IMG/VR virus record: IMGVR_UViG_3300011336_000236 | Span: 1 to 30,568 of that record | Reading direction: 5' to 3' (one strand) | Length of the DNA stretch: 30,568 bases | Source: a virus | Taxonomy: Duplodnaviria; Caudoviricetes | In this document: piece after piece, positions 1 to 8,640 of the stretch | Numbering within the stretch: the first letter of the stretch is position 1 | Layout of the letters: each line of letters begins with the position of its first letter | Notes under the pieces: generated by a model | Told to the model about the DNA's origin: nothing | The model's input: the letters and a program-made list of their open reading frames with translations, nothing else | The model's database searches: none | Position numbers and translations under genes: made by a program

Positions 1-862
1 ATACTTGTTGCGCTTGAGTAGTAGTAATACACTCACCAATACCATAACGCCAGTAAACATTACCAGCAGATGATGAGTCATACTTAACACAATACCTCTG
101 ACATAACTGCAACTCAGTACCATAAGGTCGGTAATCAAAACTCGTTGCTGTTGAGCCTTTTTCGAGTTGTACGCCTGTGATGTAGAAGGTTGCTCCGTTT
201 GTAGCCATTAAATTAGTTGCACCAGTAGCAGAAAAATAAATTGTGCTTGACCATGCACCAGCAGTTCCTGCTTTTCCAGAGCCAGTACCTAATGCAATTT
301 GTAAATTTATTCCAATTCCGTTTGTTTTATTCCAAGTTCCATCGGTACATCCAGTAATTGTTACTGACTTTTGTTCCCAAGTGTTTGCAGAAGAAATGGA
401 AAAAGTAAATGGATAAGACCTATCGACATCATTATCAACAGAACCGCCAAATGTTCCAGTAACAGAAGAACGTACCCAAAAAGATATTGTAAATGTGCTT
501 GCGCTTGCTGACCCTTGATTTAAATCGGCTATGTTATAACCTTCAATAGATTGCCTTAATGCATAATAATTTCCTGATGCTGGAGAACCCGCAGTAGTAG
601 TTACAGTCATCACCATACTATTACTAAACCCAGTTGGTGCAGTAGATGATTGTTGAACTGAATAAACACCACCACCACTTGCAAGACTTCTATATCTATC
701 TAATGTGTATGTATTGCTCGAAATGCTAACACTAGCCCCCGCATTACGCTGGTCTATCACCATCGCACCATTGATGATGCGGTTCTTAAAGCCATAAAGA
801 CCAGACGAACTCACACCATCCGATGTGGTCATCTTGTCTGCATTTACTGTTCCGTATGGCAT
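1..862 (-). CDS. Tail fibre / carbohydrate-binding-like virion protein (partial; runs off the window start)
   Basis: Not in the ORF track. My translation from ATG at 862 gives MPYGTVNADKMTTSDGVSSSGLYGFKNRIINGAMVIDQRNAGAS...FYITGVQLEKGSTATSFDYRPYGTELQLCQRY. The NRIING...QR and QLE.G..AT.F...EL..CQRY motifs are typical of phage tail-fibre domains. AAGGA RBS upstream. Confidence 0.8.
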   Translation of the reverse strand, partial: MPYGTVNADKMTTSDGVSSSGLYGFKNRIINGAMVIDQRNAGASVSISSNTYTLDRYRSLASGGGVYSVQQSSTAPTGFSNSMVMTVTTTAGSPASGNYYALRQSIEGYNIADLNQGSASASTFTISFWVRSSVTGTFGGSVDNDVDRSYPFTFSISSANTWEQKSVTITGCTDGTWNKTNGIGINLQIALGTGSGKAGTAGAWSSTIYFSATGATNLMATNGATFYITGVQLEKGSTATSFDYRPYGTELQLCQRYCVKYDSSSAGNVYWRYGIGECITTTQAQQV

Positions 863-871
863 TGTTATCCT

Positions 872-3187
872 TTACAAAACTAACCAGCGTTGACCTGAAC
901 TAATAGTCACCGCTTGTCCACTAGCCACAGTTACGGGGCCTATTGACATTCCATTATTTCCACTAGCAATCGTATAACTTGTTCCTACTGTCGTGCTATG
1001 CAACAAAATACCATTAGTAGCAATTGGTGCTGGCGCACTTAACTCACCCGTACTTGGCTTATACAAATACTTGGTATTGCCCGTGTAAATCGTTGTTGGC
1101 ACACCTGAAGTAGCCGCCGCAAACAATGGATACAGGTTAGTCGATGTAGTTGTATCGTTGCTGATGCTTGCGCCTGAGACAACTGTTGCCCAAGATGTGT
1201 TTGTTCCATCTGTGGTTAGATACTTGCCTGAATTACTTGTCTGACTAGGGGCTAAAGCATTGAAAGCGGAAGTTGCCGTAGTTTGTCCTGTGCCACCATT
1301 AGCGATAGCCACAGTTCCAGTTACATTGGATGCCGTTCCCGTAGTATTTTGATTCAGCGTAGGAATGTCAGCGGCAACAACTGCCCTGAATGTTGGTACT
1401 CCCGCACTTCCATTAGGTGAGGCTAGGAAATAGTTGGCAGTCTTGGAAGCATAGGGATTTTGTGTATCACCATAGCCAGATGCCAAGGAAATAGCAGGGG
1501 TAGTACCGCCACTAGATGCAATTGGAGAAGTTCCTGTTACAGAAGTAACTGTTCCTGTATACGCATCATTAGAAGTGATAGTGAAATTAGGATAAGTGCC
1601 AGTAATACTTGTAGTACCAGCACCTGTTAGTGCAACTGTCTGATCTGGAGCAGAATTGGTAATAGTGACAGCACCCGTAGCGCCTGAGACTGAAATGCCA
1701 GTTCCTGCTACCGCAGAAGTAACGCCTGTATTGGCAACAGTAATCGAGCCAGCACCATTAGTGACGCTAATTGCAGTTCCTGCTGTCAACGCATGGGATT
1801 CCCAAAGGGAAGTTGTGGCGTTCCAAATGATTGTGTGACCATTACTAGGAGTTTGAGCAGACACATTGTGCAACTCATCTAACTCATAACCATTTTGGAT
1901 TCTTACCTCAATAGAACCTTGGTTTACATGGCTACGGGTAACAACGCCAACATAGACCAAATGGTTTGGTGCATATTGCTTGGTAGAAGTGTATGCCCCT
2001 GCCGTTGTAGAACTTAGATACAACTGTGTACCAGCGGCAAAGGCAGATGTGTCTAGCCCTGCAATATCTCCTGCAAGAATTGCATACCCATTGTTGTTAT
2101 TTGAAATATCAGCAAAGATCAAGCCAATAGTTTGTGCTGATGTTGTGTCCCCTGATGCAAGAGCCTTGGTTACAGTCGCTTTATTGCCTGAAGCACCATT
2201 GATATAAACGACTGTGCCTTTGGTTAGCGTTGCGCCTGTTTCATTTCTAACTTGAGAGATTAGTCTTGGGGAAGAATAAACGGCAAGATCAGCCGTTGAG
2301 CCTGTCGTTGTTACAGTAACGCTTGTATCCGTAGAAGTGACAAACTGTAATGTCTCAGACTGATCAATCTTTTGCCAAACAGAGCCATTAAACAGCAACC
2401 AATCGCCAACTTGCCAATCAGTAATGCCGTTTAAGTTAGTGCTTCCTGCCGTTGCAACGATGTAGTAGTAACCATTCGTGCCTGTGCTACTCGCCAATGT
2501 AGGCGTATTGGTAGATGCGTTCCAAGTTCCTTGGTAACTAAGTCCACCAGCGACAGATGCCCAAGAAAGGGCTGTGCCATTGGTAGTTAGGAACTTACCT
2601 GAGTTTCCTGTTTGACTAGGAATCAGGTTATTGATTTGGGTTTGTAGGGAGGCTAGGGTATCAAGGACAGACTGAGAAGTGCCGCCACCATTAGTAATAA
2701 CTTTGATGGATTCCGCAAGGTCAGGAGCAACAACTTCACCAACATTGAGTTCAATACCACTAGAAAGGCTAATGATAAGGCTACCATCAAAATCGATACG
2801 AGCAGAGGTGACAGACACACCATCAATACCATCCACTCCATCACGCCCATCTCGACCATCTTCGCCTTTAACTCCCTGAACGCCTTGCTTTCCGTCACGT
2901 CCGTCTTTGCCATTGCGTCCATCCCTTCCGTCTTTGCCATCTTTACCATCTTTGATGGTGGCAACTCGTTTTTCAATGGCGTTTCCCACTTCGTCATAGC
3001 GAGAACGGATGTCAGATTCAATCTTTTTGAGGGCATCAACCACCAAGCCCACATTCTCACCAATGCGTTGCTTTTGAACCTCTTTTGCTTGGGCGACAGA
3101 AGCCTTAATCCCATCCAAAACAGCCAATTGCTGTTCAGGATTCATGTTTTTAAGGATTAACTCCTTGGCTAGGCTTTCAATATCCAT
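872..3187 (-). CDS. Collagen-repeat-containing fibre/structural protein, 771 aa
   Basis: N-terminal helical region, Gly-X-Y repeats (GKDGKDGRDGRNG...), then a long T/S/G-rich beta-type region with repeated 'SQT.NSGK.LTT.GT..SWA' modules. Directly downstream of the portal gene. Confidence 0.75.
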   Translation of the reverse strand: MDIESLAKELILKNMNPEQQLAVLDGIKASVAQAKEVQKQRIGENVGLVVDALKKIESDIRSRYDEVGNAIEKRVATIKDGKDGKDGRDGRNGKDGRDGKQGVQGVKGEDGRDGRDGVDGIDGVSVTSARIDFDGSLIISLSSGIELNVGEVVAPDLAESIKVITNGGGTSQSVLDTLASLQTQINNLIPSQTGNSGKFLTTNGTALSWASVAGGLSYQGTWNASTNTPTLASSTGTNGYYYIVATAGSTNLNGITDWQVGDWLLFNGSVWQKIDQSETLQFVTSTDTSVTVTTTGSTADLAVYSSPRLISQVRNETGATLTKGTVVYINGASGNKATVTKALASGDTTSAQTIGLIFADISNNNNGYAILAGDIAGLDTSAFAAGTQLYLSSTTAGAYTSTKQYAPNHLVYVGVVTRSHVNQGSIEVRIQNGYELDELHNVSAQTPSNGHTIIWNATTSLWESHALTAGTAISVTNGAGSITVANTGVTSAVAGTGISVSGATGAVTITNSAPDQTVALTGAGTTSITGTYPNFTITSNDAYTGTVTSVTGTSPIASSGGTTPAISLASGYGDTQNPYASKTANYFLASPNGSAGVPTFRAVVAADIPTLNQNTTGTASNVTGTVAIANGGTGQTTATSAFNALAPSQTSNSGKYLTTDGTNTSWATVVSGASISNDTTTSTNLYPLFAAATSGVPTTIYTGNTKYLYKPSTGELSAPAPIATNGILLHSTTVGTSYTIASGNNGMSIGPVTVASGQAVTISSGQRWLVL
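2822..2950 (-). repeat. Collagen-like Gly-X-Y coding repeat
   Basis: Encodes GKD GKD GRD GRN GKD GRD GKQ GVQ GVK GED GRD GRD GVD GID G. Confidence 0.85.
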
Positions 3188-5268
3188 TATTCACCCTTTG
3201 GTGGGGTTGAAGATAGTTGTTTTGTCAGTTGGTCAAGGAAGTCTTGCTCCATTCCTTGCACTTTGTTCTGTTTATCAGCCATCTGCAACTCAACAATCTT
3301 GGATTTGTTCTTGATGTCTGCTTCTTTGAGCATCAACTCCGCAATCTTAACCCTTTTATCGAACTCACGGCTTGCCGCTTCATCCTGATTAGGTAGATTT
3401 TTGGTCAAAGATGCACTCATCTTGGCTTGCACCTCTTGTGGCATCAACTGCGCTTCAGTCATTAACTTCTGAGCCTCTGCACGATTCTGTTCTGCCTGAG
3501 TAGTTTGAACCGCAATCTGCGCTTGAGCCGCTTGGAGAGCCAATTGTTGCTGAACTTGCGCCAATTGCTGTGCTTGCTCGTCTGGTTGGCTCATCTTATC
3601 CAAGGCTTGCATCAACTCGTACCTATTAGATAGGCTTGAATTGGACAAAATGCCCTTCAAGATGATTGGCAACACAGGAGTATTGGGGCCAAGCGTCTGC
3701 AAAAGACCAATAAACTGCTGTTGTTCGTACTCTCTAGCAATAATGCCAAGAGTAGCCGTAGGAACAAAGTTCATGTCCACAGAAGGATAGCGTTCTGGGT
3801 CAAACTGCATGAAGCGGAAAGCCGCCTTCTTGATAAACGGGATTAGGAAATCCTCTTGGAAGTTCACCAAAGTACGCTTGTACTTCTTGATAATAGAAGC
3901 GACAGCCATAGACATACCGCCTTGACCACCATCTCTAGCAACATTGCTGATCATGCCTTGAGAATCAAGAGTTCCCGTTGCTTGTAACAACATACGCTCA
4001 AAATCTCGTGCCGTAGCCAAGTTGTTGGGGTCAGTTTGACCGAACTTGAAGGGGTAGAGAATTTCGGAAGGTGCGCCATTGGTGAGGATTGCCTTGCCAG
4101 GCTTCACCTCAAACTTCATTCCTCTTGGCAAACGGGTCGCATCCATCGCAATCATGGGGCTAGTCGTTAATGCTAAGGAATCCAAGTGGCTACGGGTCTG
4201 AGCATCAATAGCCTTTTGCATATTGAACGCTTTTTCTACTGTGCCTCTGCCTAACAAACGATTAGGAACTGTGTCATCCTGATAACTTAAAACAGGACGA
4301 TCCTTCATCATGTATGGGTTTTCTTCTGCTTTGAGCAGTTGACCATCATTGGCAATCACAACAATGGCTTCCACCATATCTGTGTAGTCTTCTGCCGCAG
4401 AATTCTCAGGGAACAACTCAACAATATCCTCGTTTTCCTTGAGATTATTCAAGTATTCCCGTGGAACTAAGCCATAGTAGGTCAACAACAAGACTTTCTC
4501 ATCTTGGTATTGGCTTACCTCTTGGGTAGGCTCAAGGTCTGTGTCTTCACCAGAGGTGGTAATGTCTACTTTGCGGTAGATACCCTTCTCTATGCCTTGG
4601 ACAATCTTGTGGATAGACACGTATTTCTCGATAGCCACGCCTAAACAGTCATCTACGCTAGTTCCGTTAGGGTCAAACAAGAAGTTCTTGGGGTTGACGG
4701 GCATGATCTTCACGCCAATGCGGTCTTTTTCTAAGACTCCGATGGCGGCTTGTCCGACTTGGCCTGGGATCGCTTGCGTAGCAGGGACGTATTCCTTCTC
4801 CGTCTTGACAATAATCTCGCCAATGCCTGTTCCATAGATTTCAGCCATCAACTCAATTTGGTCGATGGACTTGCGTATTTTGTCCTTTTTGAAGTCTTCC
4901 ATCAGTTGAGCCTTGATTAACTCAACATCTATGGGGTTGCCACCTACATCTTGTAGGTTGTCTTCAATATCAAAGTAGTCGCCCTGACCAAAGATTGCTT
5001 CCATGATCTCAGCATGGCGAGTCTCTACGGCTTGTTGGGTAGCGGGAGTGACGATACGGCTACGCTCAGATTCACGGGTTTTATCTTCAGAAGCCCATTG
5101 ACCACGGAAGATGCGCTCGTACTCTAGCCAATCAGGAAGGAAGTTAACATCTCGGTAGTCACGCCACCGATTGCAGTGGTCTACAACAAATCCAACAAGT
5201 TCTTTGTCAGCCTCACTAGGCTCGTCAAACTCGTTTTCTTCCATACCGACTTGTTTATCTGTTGCCAT
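3187..5268 (-). CDS. Portal protein (P22-like podovirus type)
   Basis: 693 aa directly after TerL. Motifs 'YGTGIGEI', 'VNPKNFLFDP', 'GRGTVEKAFNMQKAID'. Q/A-rich coiled-coil C-terminus like the P22 portal barrel. Confidence 0.88.
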   Translation of the reverse strand: MATDKQVGMEENEFDEPSEADKELVGFVVDHCNRWRDYRDVNFLPDWLEYERIFRGQWASEDKTRESERSRIVTPATQQAVETRHAEIMEAIFGQGDYFDIEDNLQDVGGNPIDVELIKAQLMEDFKKDKIRKSIDQIELMAEIYGTGIGEIIVKTEKEYVPATQAIPGQVGQAAIGVLEKDRIGVKIMPVNPKNFLFDPNGTSVDDCLGVAIEKYVSIHKIVQGIEKGIYRKVDITTSGEDTDLEPTQEVSQYQDEKVLLLTYYGLVPREYLNNLKENEDIVELFPENSAAEDYTDMVEAIVVIANDGQLLKAEENPYMMKDRPVLSYQDDTVPNRLLGRGTVEKAFNMQKAIDAQTRSHLDSLALTTSPMIAMDATRLPRGMKFEVKPGKAILTNGAPSEILYPFKFGQTDPNNLATARDFERMLLQATGTLDSQGMISNVARDGGQGGMSMAVASIIKKYKRTLVNFQEDFLIPFIKKAAFRFMQFDPERYPSVDMNFVPTATLGIIAREYEQQQFIGLLQTLGPNTPVLPIILKGILSNSSLSNRYELMQALDKMSQPDEQAQQLAQVQQQLALQAAQAQIAVQTTQAEQNRAEAQKLMTEAQLMPQEVQAKMSASLTKNLPNQDEAASREFDKRVKIAELMLKEADIKNKSKIVELQMADKQNKVQGMEQDFLDQLTKQLSSTPPKGE

Positions 5269-5277
5269 TTATTGTCC

Positions 5278-6537
5278 TTATACACCACTCACGATGTCCA
5301 GAGGCTCCCAATCATCTTCTTGATCGTCCACAAAGTAAGAAGTGACAGCCATTTGATCTATATATGAGAGAGCATCTGGCAAATCATCATGCACTCCAAT
5401 GGCGGGAAATAAAAGAAGTTGATCTTTAAATTCATCCCAATCCTCCTCAGAGTTCAGCACAATACGTCCATGCTCAAACCGCCCTTGGAGACTCCAGATA
5501 ATTCTGTCAGCCTTTTTCCTGTTGCCATGCGTTAAGTCAACTATGTGCGAATATACATTATTTTTACGCATTAAGTCAGACAAATATGGCAAAACTGCAT
5601 TTTTTAGCGCACCTTTCTCAATTCCTACACTCAAAGGCTTGTATTCACGCATCTTCAATAGGATCGTTGCCGCAGTCTCACGGATGTCCCAACGCCCATA
5701 AACAATCTCTTTGACAAACCATTTGCCATCATCCGTTACCTTGACAACAGCAATAGCCGTCTGATCTAGCCGTTTCTTGGAATTAGCCGCTTGTTTGGCA
5801 ACTTCCTCGAATCCTGCCAAGTCACAGGCTATGTAGTAACTGCCATATTCAGGCTCTTCCCCGTACTTGATCCACTCTTCCTTGAAGATGTTGCTACCAG
5901 CATTGGTGAAACTAGCCATGTATTCTTGCTTGAAAGCAAAGGTGGAGAGGGTTTTCTTGGCTGACTCAATCTCAGTAGGGTCGATTAGGGGGTTGTCTTT
6001 GGTGGTGAAGTGCCAAGATTTCCAGTCTTTATCCTCTGCGCTTTCGCCCAATCTAAACAGATCGTAGAACCAGTTTCTTCCTTTGGGAGTTCCGATGAAC
6101 ATGGCTCTTCCTTTTTTATCGGACAGAGAGGCTCGGATAACTTGTTCCCACGCTTCGGGCTTGATGTCGGCAACTTCGTCAAGGACTGCGTAGGTGAGGG
6201 AGACTCCACGGAGGGTATCGGGTCTATCAGCACCTCGGACATAGATGGTTGCTCCGTTGATGGTGGTGATGTCTTGGTTGTTGATGTGGGCATTTTGGAT
6301 AACCTCTCGTCCTAATTCCATTAAAACTTGCCAAATAATCTGTCTAGCCTGACCATTGGTAGGGGCAACATAAAGCACCGCAGAACCCGCAGGGCAACGG
6401 AGTGCCTCAATAAGTAGGGTGACTGCCGCCATACGGGATTTGCCACAACGCCTACCAGCGGCAATGACTTTGAACCTCGTCTGATCCTTAAAAACAGTCT
6501 CTTGCCACGGGAGTAGGCTAAAGTTCAGATCACTCAT
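5278..6537 (-). CDS. terL: Terminase large subunit
   Basis: Walker A 'AAGRRCGKS', Walker B 'AVLDEVAD', coupling motif 'IGTPKGRNWFY', RNase H-like nuclease 'CDLAG' and 'HDDLPDALSY'. Confidence 0.96.
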   Translation of the reverse strand: MSDLNFSLLPWQETVFKDQTRFKVIAAGRRCGKSRMAAVTLLIEALRCPAGSAVLYVAPTNGQARQIIWQVLMELGREVIQNAHINNQDITTINGATIYVRGADRPDTLRGVSLTYAVLDEVADIKPEAWEQVIRASLSDKKGRAMFIGTPKGRNWFYDLFRLGESAEDKDWKSWHFTTKDNPLIDPTEIESAKKTLSTFAFKQEYMASFTNAGSNIFKEEWIKYGEEPEYGSYYIACDLAGFEEVAKQAANSKKRLDQTAIAVVKVTDDGKWFVKEIVYGRWDIRETAATILLKMREYKPLSVGIEKGALKNAVLPYLSDLMRKNNVYSHIVDLTHGNRKKADRIIWSLQGRFEHGRIVLNSEEDWDEFKDQLLLFPAIGVHDDLPDALSYIDQMAVTSYFVDDQEDDWEPLDIVSGV

Positions 6538-6962
6538 TTGATGGTCAAGAATGGGTCTTGATAGAAAAGGCTTTCCATTTGCTGATAGGGTTGCTTTAGT
6601 CTTTGTTGCTCAAAGTATTGAGCCATGTCTTTATCCATAATCTGATGCAACCAAGCATCTCTAGCATTTAGTTTGTCAGCAGTATCGTAGATAGGCCATT
6701 TACCGCTTTGGATGTCTTTCTTCCAAATATCATATAACTGGTTTTCATCCGTAACTATGCGTCCACCCACGTAGCCAGGGACTGAAACATACTTTCCCTT
6801 GTTTTTGCCTTCAGGAATCTCTATTCCCGTGGCATAGATGGTCATTGGGTTGCCCTCTTGGTTTATAAAGGGGTTTCCAAGGTTTTGCCGATGATAGGCA
6901 ACCTTGTTAATTTCCTGTGGCGTAAGCCCCATTCCTTGCAAATCAGCAAACATATCAGCCAT
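6534..6962 (-). CDS. Hypothetical protein between TerS candidate and TerL
   Basis: ORF with likely start ATG at 6962 (MADMFADLQG...), overlapping both neighbouring genes. Confidence 0.7.
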   Translation of the reverse strand: MADMFADLQGMGLTPQEINKVAYHRQNLGNPFINQEGNPMTIYATGIEIPEGKNKGKYVSVPGYVGGRIVTDENQLYDIWKKDIQSGKWPIYDTADKLNARDAWLHQIMDKDMAQYFEQQRLKQPYQQMESLFYQDPFLTIK

Positions 6963-7332
6963 TTTTATCCTCCACATCTTCTGCGTCTATTGTAGGAGCG
7001 TGGCTTATTTCGCCAATGCCCGTAATATTGATCGTGACAGCACTTCTTTGCTTGCCTTCCTTCTCGAACATAGAAACGGGCAACATTCTGTCCATGCACA
7101 ACTTAATGGCGGCTAGTTGGGCAGGGTGTTCGTCATTCATGGCAATCTCTACCGCCTTGTGGACAACTCTAGAACCTGCGCTGTTTATCAACAGATTCTT
7201 CAATTCTTTGAGTTGGGCAGTCTCAGTCTTGGGCAGAGTAATGAGTTCAGGCTTATCAGCATAACTGGTAAGGGAGAACTGTTTGTTAGTAGAGCCTTTT
7301 GGTCTACCACGGGGTTTTTTAGTTTCAATCAT
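6955..7332 (-). CDS. Putative terminase small subunit
   Basis: Basic N-terminus 'KKPRGRPKGSTNK', helical core 'AQLAAIKLCMDRMLP', beta tail 'VTINITGI'. First gene of the packaging operon. Start at 7332 chosen over 7374. Confidence 0.65.
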   Translation of the reverse strand: MIETKKPRGRPKGSTNKQFSLTSYADKPELITLPKTETAQLKELKNLLINSAGSRVVHKAVEIAMNDEHPAQLAAIKLCMDRMLPVSMFEKEGKQRSAVTINITGIGEISHAPTIDAEDVEDKNG

Positions 7333-7387
7333 TACTTTTGTCCACAAAGGGAAGTTGCCTTCATTCATTATCAACTATTTTCAGATG

Positions 7388-7416
7388 TTGAACAATAGGG
7401 TAATCCCTGATATACT
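7388..7416 (+). promoter_or_regulatory. Sigma70-type promoter driving the non-coding transcript
   Basis: TTGAAC (7388-7393), 17-bp spacer, TATACT (7411-7416). The spacer holds the palindrome AGGGTAATCCCT. Confidence 0.75.
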
Positions 7417-7422
7417 GATTTC

Positions 7423-7815
7423 ACGCAAAAGCGTCTTTGCTAGAGTCTATCGGCTTATGTGCAAACTGTTGGGTAGGAAGTTGAGTCTGCAAGGTGTCGT
7501 AGCCTTGGATAGATGTAGTCCCTGACAGACCACGGAAACGTTCTGGCTAGTAAAGTATTGTGGGACAGAAGACTGCCAAACCCACCGAGCAGGAGGACTG
7601 CATTATGGATGTACTGCCTTGGATGGCAAATCCAATCCGCTCTGATGTGTGGCGGTACACGGAGTAAACAACGTAATGTGGCTATCAGGGCTTTGTTAGG
7701 CAAGAGGTGGCACACACCTAATCCTGATAGATACGCTTGGACATAAGCAACCCAAGACAGAGCAATCTGACAAATCCCTTAATCCACTTCTCTAGGTGGG
7801 TTAGGGGTTTATTTA
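7423..7815 (+). ncRNA. Candidate large structured non-coding RNA (~390 nt), family not recognised
   Basis: Bounded by a promoter and an intrinsic terminator, with no credible ORF. About ten helices, GNRA tetraloops and an 8-bp loop-loop complementarity (7453-7460 with 7741-7748). Confidence 0.65.
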
Positions 7816-7816
7816 T
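7776..7816 (+). terminator. Intrinsic terminator
   Basis: CCCTTAATCCACTT/AGGTGGGTTAGGGG stem, with G-U pairs valid only on the + strand, followed by TTTATTTAT. Confidence 0.75.
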
Positions 7817-7879
7817 CAGAACATATCTATCCTTACTTTTCCACCAATCCAGACTGCTTGACACAAAAAAGCCAATTTA

Positions 7880-7945
7880 CCTTTTCGTGTGGATAGGAGG
7901 CTCCCACAAATATTCCACACACCGCCTACCCCCTCCCCCCCATAC
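7880..7945. other. Probable genome terminus / packaging initiation region
   Basis: C-tract CCCCCTCCCCCCC (7929-7941) and inverted repeat GTGTGGA...TCCACAC (7887-7920). Lies upstream of terS, at the switch between late and early modules. Confidence 0.4.
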
Positions 7946-8096
7946 AAAAGTAAGCACTCACTTTGTTCGTGCCGCTGTTAGCGAGCACTAACTAACATCG
8001 AAGTAAGCACTAACTAACTTGTGCGGAGTAAGTAATCACTAACTTGTAATACAAATAAGAATCGTTCGCATTAAGTATGTTAGTAATCACTAACTA
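7944..8096. repeat. Five copies of a 20-bp quasi-palindrome, consensus AAGTTAGT-aaKC-ACTAACTT
   Basis: Copies at 7944-7963, 7975-7994, 7997-8016, 8026-8045 and 8077-8096, with further copies near 10671-10690 and 11015-11034. Confidence 0.85.
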
Positions 8097-8126
8097 GAGT
8101 AAACCCAAATGAGAATCGTTCGCATA
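8054..8126. promoter_or_regulatory. Two Fur-box-like sites
   Basis: AATAAGAATCGTTCGCATT (8054-8072) and AATGAGAATCGTTCGCATA (8108-8126) resemble the proteobacterial Fur box AATGAKAATnATTMTCATT. Confidence 0.6.
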
Positions 8127-8135
8127 TGGGGCGTA

Positions 8136-8152
8136 TGCACCATAACGATGCA
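8136..8152. promoter_or_regulatory. NtrC-box-like site
   Basis: TGCACCATAACGATGCA versus consensus TGCACCA-N3-TGGTGCA (two mismatches). Confidence 0.5.
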
Positions 8153-8265
8153 ACCCTCTAAACTGTATACAACTATCGCATACAATCCACTAATAAGTAA
8201 TAAAGTATTACAATAGTAATTGACTATTAATATAGGGGAACTGATAGGAATTATTATGGATAACT

Positions 8266-8309
8266 AAGGGTTTGTCCTAATTACTTTATTGTGGCCTAGG
8301 CGTTATATT
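8266..8309 (+). promoter_or_regulatory. Early operon promoter with upstream AGGGTTTGTCCTA motif
   Basis: TTACTT (8281-8286), 17 bp, TATATT (8304-8309). The motif ends 1 nt before the -35 element, the same geometry as at 14573-14616. Confidence 0.55.
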
Positions 8310-8366
8310 AGTAGCACTGGTTAATAAATAATCAGTGTTGTTTAACTAACTTAATAGGTGTTCACA

Positions 8367-8564
8367 ATGGATAAATTTATCGTTCTAGTTCAGGGCAATA
8401 GTCCTAAAACATTTCACACTATCGATAGTGCTATCAAATACGCTAGGCTAGAGGTATACGCTACACAAGCCACAATCATAAAAGCATTTGACGAACTAAA
8501 AGACAATAAAATGGCGCAATGGTGCTACGGGTTTCGTTCAATAGCGATATATCCTGAAAACTAG
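8367..8564 (+). CDS. Early hypothetical protein
   Basis: ATG at 8367 preceded by the TTAATAGGTGT RBS motif. Confidence 0.75.
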   Translation: MDKFIVLVQGNSPKTFHTIDSAIKYARLEVYATQATIIKAFDELKDNKMAQWCYGFRSIAIYPEN

Positions 8565-8640
8565 GGAAAATCACTATTTTCTAGGGGTTATCTAATCCCT
8601 AGAATCTAATCTCAATCAATCTTTTTTAATAGGTGTAAAA

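Noticed and set aside
1-3187. Diversity-generating retroelement or invertible tail-fibre system
   Set aside because: No reverse transcriptase, invertase or template/variable repeat pair is visible in the window.
7423-7815. tmRNA, RNase P RNA, tRNA or group I/II intron identity for the ncRNA
   Set aside because: I could not find a tRNA-like acceptor or T-arm, the RNase P GAGGAAAGUCC motif, or intron core motifs, and no gene is interrupted.
7455-7991. ORFs 7455-7715(-), 7558-7746(+) and 7737-7991(+) as genes
   Set aside because: No clear RBS, atypical composition, and 7737-7991 runs through a terminator. RNA structure explains the region better.
7944-8130. Repeat cluster as a CRISPR or mini-CRISPR array
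   Set aside because: Repeats are about 20 bp and degenerate, with irregular gaps of 2-31 bp. The gaps are themselves palindromic motifs, and no cas genes are present.
8163-8185. LexA SOS box
   Set aside because: CTGT is present, but the ACAG half-site at the required N8 spacing is missing.
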